This document shows, in pieces, positions 1-9,711 of a DNA stretch of 64,000 bases; the stretch's first letter is position 1, and every line of letters begins with the position of its first letter. The notes below the pieces were generated by a model. The model was not told the origin of the DNA. It saw only the letters and a list, made by a program, of their open reading frames with translations, and ran no database searches. This stretch comes from a virus (lineage: Duplodnaviria; Caudoviricetes). The DNA is taken from the IMG/VR virus record IMGVR_UViG_3300045999_008257, positions 225 to 64,224 of that record; one strand, given 5' to 3'. The position numbers and the translations under genes are program-made.

Positions 1-2
1 GC

Positions 3-173
3 TTTGCCGATAGCAAGCTTTTTGTGCTTTATTTTGATCGCGACCAGTCAATGACTGACGCGCGAGAGATTAGCAAGGGTGATTATATTGCTATTGAACA
101 TGGAAGGCCCATTGTGATGTCTGGCGAAGAATTCAAATCCGAATACGAGCTTGTTCCTTTGCTGGATGATTGA
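3..173 (+). CDS. Partial hypothetical protein (3' end only)
   Basis: Frame 3 is open from the window edge to TGA at 171-173 (…SGEEFKSEYELVPLLDD*). Confidence 0.5.
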   Translation, partial: FADSKLFVLYFDRDQSMTDAREISKGDYIAIEHGRPIVMSGEEFKSEYELVPLLDD

Positions 174-234
174 CTAAGAATCATAGCAATTAGACCGCGA
201 TTAGTGCTACAATTAAGGCGTGTCTTAGGTCTTT

Positions 235-1887
235 ATGCGTTCGTTTCCACGCATAGACATGCTGTCAGTTGCCGCAAGGGATGCTTATGATGGCTTCTCC
301 TTGCTTGATGTGCTCGAAACACAACATCGAATAGAGACAGCAAGATCCGCCGAAGTTGAGCCTTATACCGAATCATTTAGGACGTATATTAAAACATCTT
401 ATCCAAGGTTTCCATTTACAAAGCACACAAATAGGCTGATTGATATTGCTCAGCGTGTTGCCGATGGTGATCTACCTAGGCTTATGGTGGAACTCCCGCC
501 TAGGCATTGGAAGTCTACGATATTTTCTAGATTTTTGCCTGGTTATTGCATTAGAAGGTTTCCTGACCGTAGCGCTGGTATATGTTGTCATACGCAAGAT
601 CTTGCGACAGGCTTTAGCGAGAATGCAAGGGATTATTTTGTAGAATCTGGAGGGATCCTGCGGGCTTCACTGCGAGGCAAGGAAGAATGGGGGCCTGATG
701 ATGGGATCGGAAGCTGCTGGACCGCTGGTGTGGGCAAGGGCACGGGCAAACCGGGTCATTTTTTGTTTGTGGATGATCCGATTAAATCAAGGGAGCAAGC
801 AGAATCAGCAGCATATCGTAGGCAGATTCACTCGTGGTGGGATTCGGTGCTGAGCACACGAGAGGAGCCTGGTAGCTCAATGGTGATTGTTCATACTAGA
901 TGGCATGAATATGATCTAATTGGCTACTTGCTGGAGAAGAATTTAGAACTTGAAAAGGAAGGTCTTGAAACCGAATGTGAACGCTGGCATGTTATATCGC
1001 TACCTATTGAAGCATTACCCGCGAATGATATTAAGCCATTGCCTTCTAGCGTAACGAGAGAGATTGATTCAAGAAATGTTGGAGAACCACTGGATCCCGA
1101 TAGATTTGGTCAAAAGTTTATCAAAAGGAAGCGTGCAAACACTCCTCCGAGAGACTGGGAGGCAATCTATCAGCAGAGGCCAAGCGCTGGCGCGGGTACC
1201 GTATTCTTCAAAGATCGCCTCGCCTTCTATAGCTGTGATCACTGGAGAGGATTAGAAGGTGACCCAATCCTGCCACAACAATTCATCCGCAAGATTCTAT
1301 CGGTAGATTGCACATTTGATGATACAGCAGGTAGCGATATGGTCGCCATGGGATTATATGGGCAGACTGAGCACGGCCTATGGAAGTTAGATCTTGTCAA
1401 CGAAAGATTAGACTTTCCAAAGACCTTAAATATGATCAAAACACTTTACAAAAAGCATTATTTTAATGAGTTGTTGATTGAGAAAAAAGCTAATGGCGCT
1501 GGCATCATTAAGATGCTTGAATCTGAGCAGTCCCATGGCTTCCGGGTGGTTGCTGCTGGCGTCGGAGAGATGGGCTCGAAAGAGGGCCGGGCCAATGCTG
1601 CCAGTGTAGAAGTAAATAGCGGCCGCGTGCTGTTGCCAAGGTCAGCTCCGTGGACAAATGAGTGCATAGATCAGCTCACTAAATTCCCATCTGGTGTGCA
1701 TGATGATATTGTGGATGAAGTAAGCCAGGTTGTGATTTATGTCACTGGAAGTGGGCCATTGAAGTTTGAAACCGTAAGTTGGGGATATGGCGTAGCAATG
1801 ATACCAGGAAGTGGCGGAAATGGCCATGGAATAGGATATAATCAAGCTGCCATGATTGGCGCTCAAAATGGAGTTTACAGCCGATGA
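235..1887 (+). CDS. terL: Terminase large subunit
   Basis: Walker A-like PPRHWKS, Walker B FLFVDDP, coupling motif IVHTRWH, nuclease SVDCTF…HDDIVD. Confidence 0.93.
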   Translation: MRSFPRIDMLSVAARDAYDGFSLLDVLETQHRIETARSAEVEPYTESFRTYIKTSYPRFPFTKHTNRLIDIAQRVADGDLPRLMVELPPRHWKSTIFSRFLPGYCIRRFPDRSAGICCHTQDLATGFSENARDYFVESGGILRASLRGKEEWGPDDGIGSCWTAGVGKGTGKPGHFLFVDDPIKSREQAESAAYRRQIHSWWDSVLSTREEPGSSMVIVHTRWHEYDLIGYLLEKNLELEKEGLETECERWHVISLPIEALPANDIKPLPSSVTREIDSRNVGEPLDPDRFGQKFIKRKRANTPPRDWEAIYQQRPSAGAGTVFFKDRLAFYSCDHWRGLEGDPILPQQFIRKILSVDCTFDDTAGSDMVAMGLYGQTEHGLWKLDLVNERLDFPKTLNMIKTLYKKHYFNELLIEKKANGAGIIKMLESEQSHGFRVVAAGVGEMGSKEGRANAASVEVNSGRVLLPRSAPWTNECIDQLTKFPSGVHDDIVDEVSQVVIYVTGSGPLKFETVSWGYGVAMIPGSGGNGHGIGYNQAAMIGAQNGVYSR

Positions 1888-2774
1888 ATCGCCAGTCAAC
1901 GCAAACACCTAAGGCTGTTGGTGCTCGAAGCACTAAAGTTCGAGCGGTTAATCATGAAAAGACCGAAGTCAAGACCAAGATTGGATCGCCAACAGAATAT
2001 AGCGAACAGCTTGCGATAGACAATATCAAGCTAGCACAGAAACATGCTCATGTGATGTCAATACGAACAAAGATGCCCTATGAAGACTTATATCAAGTTG
2101 CGTTGATTGGCCTGATTAAGGCTTGTCGTAAATATGACCCATCCAAGGTTAATCCTGACAATGGCAAGCCATATAAGCTAAGCACAATTGCCGTGCCATT
2201 TATTGATGGTGCGATGTATCAATACCTAAGGGATCGTGGCCATAGCACAGGCGTCAAGTTTCCTGACCGATGGAGGGATAAGGCTAGTATTGTCCGTAAG
2301 ATGTCTGCGAATGGATCTTGTGTTGAAGATATTGCAACCGCAACTAACTTACGAGCTGATGAAGTAAACGAAATCCTAACAGCACAAAGCGCGCCAGTTG
2401 CGCTAGATCCAGAAATCAAGCTGTATTCAAATAGCATTGATGATAGCGAATATGAAGACTTTTATGAGCTGATACAAGCGCTAGCAATCGTAGATCGAGC
2501 ACATGCCGCAATATCAACAATTGATCAAGGATTGCTGGAAGCAGCATGGAATCATCAGCGCCGTAGGCAGATTGCAACCGGGCCATTTTTTCAATTTATG
2601 CAACGCGCTAAGAAGGTGTTGTCTGGTGTTTCAATTGTAATTGAAAAGCAAATTGATTTGTCTATTGAAGTCAAAACAGAAGAAAACCTGGCGCCCATGT
2701 CATCAGGCAGGCGCAGGGTATCAGATCCGAAAGAAATAATAGATACTGTAATGAGCCAGCTAGACCTATTTTAA
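1884..2774 (+). CDS. Phage RNA polymerase sigma factor, SigB/SigF/SigG-like
   Basis: Region 2 signature EDLYQVALIGLIKACRKYDP…LSTIAVPFIDGAMYQYLRD; region 3 EDIATATNL…EV. Confidence 0.88.
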   Translation: MNRQSTQTPKAVGARSTKVRAVNHEKTEVKTKIGSPTEYSEQLAIDNIKLAQKHAHVMSIRTKMPYEDLYQVALIGLIKACRKYDPSKVNPDNGKPYKLSTIAVPFIDGAMYQYLRDRGHSTGVKFPDRWRDKASIVRKMSANGSCVEDIATATNLRADEVNEILTAQSAPVALDPEIKLYSNSIDDSEYEDFYELIQALAIVDRAHAAISTIDQGLLEAAWNHQRRRQIATGPFFQFMQRAKKVLSGVSIVIEKQIDLSIEVKTEENLAPMSSGRRRVSDPKEIIDTVMSQLDLF

Positions 2775-2781
2775 CTTTTAA

Positions 2782-2791
2782 CGGGAAAACT
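2782..2791 (+). promoter_or_regulatory. Late-promoter motif CGGGAAAACT (first of 13 copies; others at 4362, 8234, 8446, 10040, 10958, 14353, 19196, 27220, 28844, 29726, 31666, 35467)
   Basis: Recurs 27-39 nt upstream of structural-gene starts (52 nt for scaffold, 152 nt for capsid). Confidence 0.8.
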
Positions 2792-2816
2792 AGCCTAGCA
2801 TATATGGTAGATAACG

Positions 2817-4358
2817 GTGCAGCAAAGACTTTCACATCCTACGAACAATGGTAAGCTGCCATCATTCCGCCATCCTAGGCTAGAAGAAGTCATAGATGAT
2901 TTGGATCTTGTTTATGATTGTTGGGAGCAACTGCGCACAAAGGATCAGCAAAAACGCTATCTAATTAGGGAGCAAGCTGAGCCGCTTGTGGCCTATCGTG
3001 GCAGGCTAGAACGTGCATCATATCCGTCATACTTTAGGGACGGAATTGATGCCTTTGCTGGTGAATTAAGTCGATTTGAGTTGCGTAATCCACCGAAAAC
3101 TTTGCTTGCTAGTCAAAATGATATTGATGGTAAAGGCACAAGCCTAAAAGCCTGGTTTATGGCTGCTGATGCGTTGCTGATGCGTGATAATGGTTGCCTG
3201 CTGATGGTGGATAAGGAAAAAAGCACAAACAGAACAAGAGGAGATGATATTGCAAATGGCAATAGGCCATTCTTTTCCTATGCTGAGCGCCGTAATATGT
3301 TGAACTGGCGTACAGCAAAAGATAATGGCAGGGAGGTTATATCTGCTGTAACAATTCTTGAATGGCACGAAGAAGTGGATGGTGAATATGGGGTTAAGTT
3401 AGTGCCGCATTATCGCGTTATGCAAGGTGGTGATTGGAAGTTGCTAAAGATTGTAGGCGAATCAAGTGATCGCGGTGGATTGCGCAATAAGGCAACACAA
3501 ACAGTAGAAGAGGTAGACCGAGGAGAATTCATTGGCTATCAAAAACAAAAGCTAAAGTATCCTCCTGTAAAATGGTATAACAACCCAAGGGATGGCATAG
3601 GTGAAGGTGCGCCGATGTTGCTTTCGACTGCTAAATTAACACTAGATTGGTATAGAAGTTATAGCGACTTGAAAGAGTTATTGCATAAGTGTGCGATGCC
3701 TATTCCGGTGCTGAAAGATTCTAATCGGCAGATGATACCAGGGCCAGATGGTACTCCAATGCCAGCGCCTATTGTGCTGGGTCCAAATCAAATCATGCAG
3801 ATTTTTGATAAAGATGGTAGCTTTTCTTTCGCCGAGCCAAGCGGTAGCAGCTTGGATAAGCACATGCAAGTGCTAAAAGAATTAGAAGCAAATATCGACC
3901 GTAGCTTACTTAATTTTGTGCTCAGTGGTAGTAGTAATCGAACCGCAACAGAAGTTGAACTGCAAAGCGCAAGCATTCAAGCAAACCTAACAAGCCTATC
4001 AGAATCCAAAGAATCTGCAATGCAATCATTGTATGAGCTATGGGTAAAGTTTACGGGTGAACAAATGCCTAATGATGCCGGTCTTGATATGAAGGCATCC
4101 ATCACAGAGAAAGAGGTTGATAATGATACGCTAACTATGTGTAGTGGATTATACGATAAGGGTCTGATGATGCGCGAAACGTTCCTTGCGCTGGCGCAGC
4201 GCCGTGGGCTGCTTAGGCCTAAAGTGGACGCGAAGAAAGAGGCTGCACTGCTTGCAGTTGAAGATGAAAAAAATAACGCACTGCTGAATCCTCCTGCTCC
4301 ATCGCCCAATGATCTGGCGGGTGATAATGTAGACGCGCAGGGGCTGCCTATTCAATAG
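2817..4358 (+). CDS. Portal protein (DUF4055-like)
   Basis: Position after terminase, 513 aa, motifs YLIREQAEP…Y..RL, DIDGKGTSL, RTATEVEL. Confidence 0.85.
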   Translation: MQQRLSHPTNNGKLPSFRHPRLEEVIDDLDLVYDCWEQLRTKDQQKRYLIREQAEPLVAYRGRLERASYPSYFRDGIDAFAGELSRFELRNPPKTLLASQNDIDGKGTSLKAWFMAADALLMRDNGCLLMVDKEKSTNRTRGDDIANGNRPFFSYAERRNMLNWRTAKDNGREVISAVTILEWHEEVDGEYGVKLVPHYRVMQGGDWKLLKIVGESSDRGGLRNKATQTVEEVDRGEFIGYQKQKLKYPPVKWYNNPRDGIGEGAPMLLSTAKLTLDWYRSYSDLKELLHKCAMPIPVLKDSNRQMIPGPDGTPMPAPIVLGPNQIMQIFDKDGSFSFAEPSGSSLDKHMQVLKELEANIDRSLLNFVLSGSSNRTATEVELQSASIQANLTSLSESKESAMQSLYELWVKFTGEQMPNDAGLDMKASITEKEVDNDTLTMCSGLYDKGLMMRETFLALAQRRGLLRPKVDAKKEAALLAVEDEKNNALLNPPAPSPNDLAGDNVDAQGLPIQ

Positions 4359-4396
4359 GCGCGGGAAAAATATAATGATTCTAAGTTAAGACTGTA

Positions 4397-5767
4397 ATGG
4401 CTCGCGGCGGCAGACCCGGCAAAAAACGGACCCAATACGTCCGCGACGCGCAGGGGCAGTTCGCCTCAACACCAGGCGGCGGCAAAAAGGCCACGCCTAG
4501 CGCCGTCAGGAAGGCCGCTAAGGCCGCTGCCTTGAAGGGCGGCACACTAGCAGCCAGAACCTCGCTGAAGAAGTCCAGAGCCAAGCTCAAGAGCATCGAC
4601 AAGGCAGACCCAACCCTTCAAACTTCACTATCAAAACGTGCACAGAAAGGTGCCGTAACTCGTGGCAGCAAAAATCTAACCAAGACGATTAAGTCCAGCC
4701 GAACACGACTAATTGGTGCCAAGCCTAACGCAAATACAATCAAGAAAAAGCGGCCAGTTTCGATGGCTTACATCTTGAAAAATGTGACTCGTTCAATGTC
4801 GCCAGATGATGCGCAACGTGTGCTAGGGAAGAAGCCGCTTGCAAAACGGAAAATCAGTGCTCCATCTAAAGCAAACACAATCAAGAAAAAGCGCAGTCCT
4901 ATACTTACCGCTAAACCATTACAAAAGCCAGCGGCTGAACGTCCGGGCTCAATGACTTCTATCTTGAAAAATACGCTACGCACATTAGCTCAAGCTGATG
5001 CGCAACGCATAAGAGAAATTGAATCAATTACAGGGCAAAAAATTAAGCCAATTAAGCAGCGTGCTGCCGCTATTGCTGCTGGAGATCGCGTCAGGAGCAC
5101 GGCCAAGGGCGGCAAGGTTGCGGACACCCTGCGGGCGGGTCTTCGCGAGCTGGCGCAGAGCGATGCCAGGGCCATGCGAGAAATGTCAAAGATTGTGAAG
5201 GATGCGACGCCAAAGGTGGCTGGAGCCAAGCGGAAGGATAGGGTTAAAGGATCTGCAAAATCCAAGACGATGACCATGGCGAAGATGCAATCAGGGCCAC
5301 CAGGTAATCCGCTAGGCGGCAAAAGATCCGTTAAAAGACTTGCGAGCATGACAACCAAAGGTAAAACAATGAAGCCTCCCGTCACTCTAAAAGGATTAAT
5401 TCGTGCCGGAGGTAATCGGTGGCAAAAAAATCAAATGGATAGAGTTTATTTTAATAATCTAGGGTCAAGATCTGGGTTGGATGTTGACTATTATAAATCA
5501 GGAAACATTTACTCTGCCGCTGTTCAAGGTAAAGGAATTAGTAATTCCAGGGCTCGCGAAGTCGTTGCTAGCTTAAGAGATGCCAAGTTGTTTTATGATC
5601 GACAAACGAGGTCGATGAACTTAAAAATGACAAGAAACCCTTCGGTAAGGTTACAGCAATTTAGGACGGCTGAAAAGCTCGCTAAACAAGATATGAAAAA
5701 AATAGAAAAATCAGCAAGAATGAAAACCAAGCGTCAACGCAAAACAAACAGCAAAAAGCCCGGCTAA
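4397..5767 (+). CDS. Lys/Arg-rich histone-like late protein, paralog 1 (N-terminal YVRDxxGxFASTPGGG module, distinct C-terminal globular domain)
   Basis: Preceded by the late motif; N-terminal ~100 aa shared with 10073 and 10991; C-terminus RWQKNQMDRVYFN…AKLFYD. Confidence 0.75.
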   Translation: MARGGRPGKKRTQYVRDAQGQFASTPGGGKKATPSAVRKAAKAAALKGGTLAARTSLKKSRAKLKSIDKADPTLQTSLSKRAQKGAVTRGSKNLTKTIKSSRTRLIGAKPNANTIKKKRPVSMAYILKNVTRSMSPDDAQRVLGKKPLAKRKISAPSKANTIKKKRSPILTAKPLQKPAAERPGSMTSILKNTLRTLAQADAQRIREIESITGQKIKPIKQRAAAIAAGDRVRSTAKGGKVADTLRAGLRELAQSDARAMREMSKIVKDATPKVAGAKRKDRVKGSAKSKTMTMAKMQSGPPGNPLGGKRSVKRLASMTTKGKTMKPPVTLKGLIRAGGNRWQKNQMDRVYFNNLGSRSGLDVDYYKSGNIYSAAVQGKGISNSRAREVVASLRDAKLFYDRQTRSMNLKMTRNPSVRLQQFRTAEKLAKQDMKKIEKSARMKTKRQRKTNSKKPG

Positions 5768-5774
5768 TCCGGGC
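5755..5774 (-). terminator. Intrinsic terminator for the 5803-6030 gene
   Basis: AAAAA-GCCCGG-ctaat-CCGGGC on +, i.e. hairpin plus U-tract on -. Confidence 0.55.
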
Positions 5775-5802
5775 CATTGCTGTTGATTAAGTCTGGCGAT
5801 AA

Positions 5803-6030
5803 TCAATCTACGTCAGTTAAGTCGATCCCTACGATTCTAAGGTTGTCGGGATTTGTGCCGATATTTTCCATCGCATAGAGCGCGTGCAGGGCGGACCTGT
5901 AATCGGAGAACAGCAAATCGCCTGGATTAAATGCGCCCAGGTAATCGGTGGAACCTGAATTACGATCCAGCCACACACCATTGTGGCGGTACTGCAGCTC
6001 AAAGTGTTCCTCGGATTGAATGGTAGTCAT
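5803..6030 (-). CDS. Hypothetical protein (accessory cassette)
   Basis: ATG ORF with its own upstream -10 (6068-6073) and tandem repeat (6101-6116), plus a downstream terminator. Confidence 0.65.
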   Translation of the reverse strand: MTTIQSEEHFELQYRHNGVWLDRNSGSTDYLGAFNPGDLLFSDYRSALHALYAMENIGTNPDNLRIVGIDLTDVD

Positions 6031-6142
6031 TGGGTTTAATGCAGTGGATGGGTCTCCCCATGACCAAATAATACACCATCATCCCATGGCCCCGGAAAAA
6101 TGAAACAAGCTGTAACATAGGCAAATCAACCGCCGATAACCC

Positions 6143-7210
6143 ATGGCAACCATAGGCGACCAACAGCTAGCACTATCTGACGATTATGCCGAAGCATTAG
6201 ATATGCTAAGCAATCGTGCGGTTGATAATACCAGGGCGGCCTTAGTGCGATCACTTAAGCGTACCTTAAAAGATCTGCGCCGATACTATTCAGATTTCAT
6301 TGATCCTGAGCTGAAAAAATATCAATCAGCCGATGGTAAGATGCGTCGACCAATGTCATATTCTATCGCCGATAGTAATGCCAAAATGGTTAAGCTTCTT
6401 CAGATTGCGCAAGAATACTTTCCAGAGCAAGAATTGAATCGTATCACAGCACAATACAAGAAAGATTTTGGCGAAGCCGTACAGCTTGGCGGTGATTTGG
6501 GTAAAGAATTGGCGCAATTAGTTGATCCTGGTGGCAAAGGGAATAGCATGTTTGTTGGCGCCAGTAAAGAAGCTGTGATCGGCGCCGCTAACACAGCATC
6601 AGCTTATATTAGGCGCGAAGTTGAAACCTTTCGTGATGATATTGCACGCATTGTGCAGGATGGTATTGGACGCGGGAAAAGCTCTAAAGCATTAGAGAAA
6701 GATATAAGAGTTGCACTATTGGGTGCAAAGGATCCAAATAATATCACACCTAAATTAGGCCTTCTTCGCCGGGCTGAATTGATTGCAAGATCTGAGCTTG
6801 CTAATGCTTATACTGGTGCGCAAAAAGCAGCCGCAGCGCGTAATGGGTATAAGTATGGGAGGTTTATTACAACAAGGAGTGAAAACACTTGCAAGTATTG
6901 CGCTGGCAGGCATGGTCATGTATACTTGTTAAGTGAAATGACAGGCACGCTTCATCCGCGTTGCCGATGCGGTATTTCACCAGTTTCTGATCTTGCAGTA
7001 GAAGAAACCGATCCAGATCTGCGCCGTGAATTACTAAGAGAGGATTTTTGGGAAGAGGATCGCAAAAAAGTATGGCAAAAATTTGCGGATACCAATAATT
7101 GGCCATTTGAAAAGGCTTCTAAAGTATTAGAAGATCATCTTAAAAAGCCATCTGCCAGTGAGAAACGGCTTTATCCTGATATTAAAGAAGCGCCTAGGCC
7201 GGTTGTTTGA
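6143..7210 (+). CDS. Head morphogenesis / minor capsid protein (MuF, SPP1 gp7-like)
   Basis: RAELIARSELANAY, CKYC…RHG…HPRCRC motifs. Confidence 0.88.
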   Translation: MATIGDQQLALSDDYAEALDMLSNRAVDNTRAALVRSLKRTLKDLRRYYSDFIDPELKKYQSADGKMRRPMSYSIADSNAKMVKLLQIAQEYFPEQELNRITAQYKKDFGEAVQLGGDLGKELAQLVDPGGKGNSMFVGASKEAVIGAANTASAYIRREVETFRDDIARIVQDGIGRGKSSKALEKDIRVALLGAKDPNNITPKLGLLRRAELIARSELANAYTGAQKAAAARNGYKYGRFITTRSENTCKYCAGRHGHVYLLSEMTGTLHPRCRCGISPVSDLAVEETDPDLRRELLREDFWEEDRKKVWQKFADTNNWPFEKASKVLEDHLKKPSASEKRLYPDIKEAPRPVV

Positions 7211-7308
7211 TTGTTGCGGTTTGTTACGGTGGGACACTGATGAGCTGCTTGTGTTGTATGGTATGAATGCTAGAGCAATCCAGCGCTAGCATTGCGTTCC
7301 CTTAACTC

Positions 7309-7638
7309 ATGACTACTCAATTCAATCCAGAGTCTGTAGTAATCGAAGATACTCAATACATTCGAGCTGACCTTTGTCAGCAACGAGCAACGGGCAATCG
7401 CGCTGTTGTTGTTGTCGATCGCGGATGGATCTTTGCTGGTAACGTGCAGAGAACAGAAGCTGAGATTACATTGTCTCAAGTTGTGCATGTTTTCAAATGG
7501 TCAAGCATTGGATTTGACGGCATGATTGCAAATCCAAAATCTGACAACGTTGATTTGCGCAAAATGAAGAATGAAGTCAAGATACCGCTTGCATCCGTGA
7601 TTTTTACCATTCCAGTTGATGACGACTGGGGGATTTGA
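7309..7638 (+). CDS. Small beta-rich phage protein (DUF6948-like)
   Basis: VVVVDRGWIFAG…ITLSQVVHVFKW pattern; the family assignment is from memory and needs an HMM check. Confidence 0.6.
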   Translation: MTTQFNPESVVIEDTQYIRADLCQQRATGNRAVVVVDRGWIFAGNVQRTEAEITLSQVVHVFKWSSIGFDGMIANPKSDNVDLRKMKNEVKIPLASVIFTIPVDDDWGI

Positions 7639-7701
7639 TTGACTTGTTTCGGGATGCACAATCTCGTGCATCCTAAATTCCACCTATTAACAAGAGGTTT
7701 T

Positions 7702-7980
7702 ATGCCTGATTCTGTTTTGGCATTTCTGCCGGTTGGCAATGGCGATGGCGATGGCTATGGCGATGGCGATGGCTATGGCGATGGCTATGGTTATGGCAAT
7801 GGCTATGGTTATGGCTATGGCTATGGCGATGGTTATGGTTATGGTTATGGCGATGGCTATGGCGATAATTATGGTTATGGCGATGGCTATGGCGATAATT
7901 ATGGTTATGGTTATGGCGATGGCTATGGCTATGGCGATGGCGATGGTTATGAAACACCGTCCATTAGAATTAGAAAATGA
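7702..7980 (+). CDS. Gly/Tyr/Asp repeat protein (GDGYG)n
   Basis: ATG at 7702 preceded by AAGAGG; stop overlaps the next ATG (ATGA). Confidence 0.6.
   Translation: MPDSVLAFLPVGNGDGDGYGDGDGYGDGYGYGNGYGYGYGYGDGYGYGYGDGYGDNYGYGDGYGDNYGYGYGDGYGYGDGDGYETPSIRIRK
7735..7950 (+). repeat. Hexanucleotide tandem repeat GG(C/T)(G/T/A)AT, about 36 units
   Basis: Directly visible. Confidence 0.95.
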
Positions 7981-8216
7981 AGGTCAAAGAATTGGTCAAA
8001 TGGCTTGCATCCTTTGAAGATCAAGACGCTGAAGTGGAAGTGATAAGCCATTTATGCGGAAGCAGTTATTATGATCAAGGCGGCACTGCAACCACAGTGC
8101 CATTAGACGTAGAAAAGCACATAACCTATACCGACTTGCGCGGCAATCCATTTATAGATCAAAATACTCCGTATTACAGGTCTCGAACGCTGCTGTTAGG
8201 CATGCTTAATGGTTAG
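7977..8216 (+). CDS. Hypothetical protein (MKVKELV…-type small phage protein)
   Basis: Translationally coupled ORF. Confidence 0.65.
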   Translation: MKVKELVKWLASFEDQDAEVEVISHLCGSSYYDQGGTATTVPLDVEKHITYTDLRGNPFIDQNTPYYRSRTLLLGMLNG

Positions 8217-8265
8217 CTAAGCAATCAAAAATCAGGGAAAAATAACAACAACCGCCCCCTACCAC

Positions 8266-8445
8266 ATGGCAAAATCCAAAAAACAAAAAGCCAGCGCCAA
8301 AAAGATCTCCTCCGTCATGCACGAATGGAAGACCGGCACACTTCATAGTGGCAAGGGCGGCCCTGTTGTAACCAGTCGTCAACAGGCCATTGCGATTGCA
8401 TTATCACAAGGCCGAAAAGCGGCAAAGGGGAAGAAGAAAAAATAA
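8266..8445 (+). CDS. Small basic protein, DUF6496-like (59 aa; absent from the ORF track)
   Basis: MAKSKKQKASAKKISSVMHEWKTGTLHSGKGGPVVTSRQQAIAIALSQGRK…; late motif 32 nt upstream. Confidence 0.8.
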   Translation: MAKSKKQKASAKKISSVMHEWKTGTLHSGKGGPVVTSRQQAIAIALSQGRKAAKGKKKK

Positions 8446-8479
8446 CGGGAAAACTGAGGAAGCCATCTTTCTCCCCCCC

Positions 8480-8650
8480 ATGATGTACGCCAAAAAGCCT
8501 GCAAAACCAAGCAAGAAAGGTGGCGGCAAACCCAAAGGCGGCGGCAAACCCAAAGGTGGCGGCAGCAAAAAGGCTCCTTCCAAGCCGAAGCCCAAAAAGC
8601 CCAGCGGTGGTAATATGTTCCCTGATTACAACAGCATTAAAGTTGCTTAA
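8480..8650 (+). CDS. Small Lys/Gly/Pro-rich basic protein
   Basis: ATG 34 nt after the late motif at 8446; GGGKPK repeats. Confidence 0.65.
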   Translation: MMYAKKPAKPSKKGGGKPKGGGKPKGGGSKKAPSKPKPKKPSGGNMFPDYNSIKVA

Positions 8651-8653
8651 TCA

Positions 8654-8881
8654 ATGAACAGAACACCTACGCTAAGAATTATTCAAGCGATTGCTGTTTG
8701 TGTTGCTAGTCGCAATGCTGAAGGTGCAATGCAAGGTCTGCGCGTATTGCTAGACCTTGCAGATGAAGATGATGCGGAAAAGATGATTCGACTATTGTTG
8801 GGTCATCTATCTGCAGGTGATCGCTTTTGGCTCGGCACAATTAATGGCGAGCGCAAAAAACAGGATCTTGCAGTGATCTAA
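8654..8881 (+). CDS. Hypothetical protein
   Basis: Tightly packed ATG ORF in the late operon. Confidence 0.6.
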   Translation: MNRTPTLRIIQAIAVCVASRNAEGAMQGLRVLLDLADEDDAEKMIRLLLGHLSAGDRFWLGTINGERKKQDLAVI

Positions 8882-8882
8882 A

Positions 8883-9389
8883 ATGTTGGTTCAACTTCCT
8901 GATTTAGATAGTTCCTGGCGGCAAACTAGCACGATTAATGATCGTGAACTGATTAGGACATATCTAAATTATCCAGCATCAGAGGCTAGTCTTACGCTAA
9001 TTATTCAGCAGATGAATAGCGTATCTTCCGTATCACCTGAAACGGTTGAGCGTATTCAAAGCTGGCTAGATGAGATCATCGAACTAGAGGAAGTGCAGGC
9101 CGATGCGGTTGCTGATGGCACCGCACATCTTGGCAATGTAAAGGAATATGAAGGCGTGATTCCAGGCACCAGCCCAACACGGGATCAGCAGCTCAGTCAG
9201 GCCGGCAAGCTGGCATGGGATACCAGCGTACTGAAGGCCCGCTATTCGTTTGACGGAAGCGCTCGAAGCACCGCTCAGGGCCAGCGTGATGAGCGGCGCG
9301 GGATGCTGGTATCACGCATCTCACAGGCTGTTGGCATCCCATATAACAGCCATGGCGGATATGGTGGCGCGACACTGATCAGGGGATGA
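8883..9389 (+). CDS. Putative head-tail adaptor / structural protein
   Basis: Size, position in the late operon and Gly-rich C-terminus; function inferred. Confidence 0.5.
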   Translation: MLVQLPDLDSSWRQTSTINDRELIRTYLNYPASEASLTLIIQQMNSVSSVSPETVERIQSWLDEIIELEEVQADAVADGTAHLGNVKEYEGVIPGTSPTRDQQLSQAGKLAWDTSVLKARYSFDGSARSTAQGQRDERRGMLVSRISQAVGIPYNSHGGYGGATLIRG

Positions 9390-9711
9390 TCTTTCCTCCT
9401 GCAGAAAGGATAGCGCTTTTGACATCATCTAAGGCGTCTTTTTTAACCTCAACAATGATTGTGGTGTATTGCCGTTTCTTGCGCCATAGCTTAATCTGTG
9501 CGCCAAGACTTCTAATGTAATTACCAACGCTATTTAACACAGACCCGCTAGATACAACTAGACTTGCATTAAGTGGTAAATTCTTGAATTCATCATCTTC
9601 ATCGCTTATTTCAATGCCATTTAACTTAAATAATATGTCCTCCATATAATTTTCACCCCAGAACTGATCATCAGCAATAAAAGCCTGCCATTCGCTCTTG
9701 GAGATTTTCAT
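9379..9711 (-). CDS. Hypothetical protein (accessory cassette)
   Basis: ATG ORF coupled to the upstream minus-strand ORF. Confidence 0.6.
   Translation of the reverse strand: MKISKSEWQAFIADDQFWGENYMEDILFKLNGIEISDEDDEFKNLPLNASLVVSSGSVLNSVGNYIRSLGAQIKLWRKKRQYTTIIVEVKKDALDDVKSAILSAGGKIIP

Noticed and set aside
5803-6030. Immunity gene for paralog 1 (toxin-immunity pair)
   Set aside because: It is convergent with its own early-type promoter, and no toxin catalytic motif was identified, so it cannot be supported beyond adjacency.
7735-7950. Possible CRISPR array
   Set aside because: A simple 6-nt tandem repeat with no unique spacers; no cas genes in the window.
7700-8017. Alternative-frame ORFs (MAMAMA… on +, HRHSH… on -)
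   Set aside because: By-products of the stop-free hexamer repeat; the GDGYG frame has the RBS and translational coupling.
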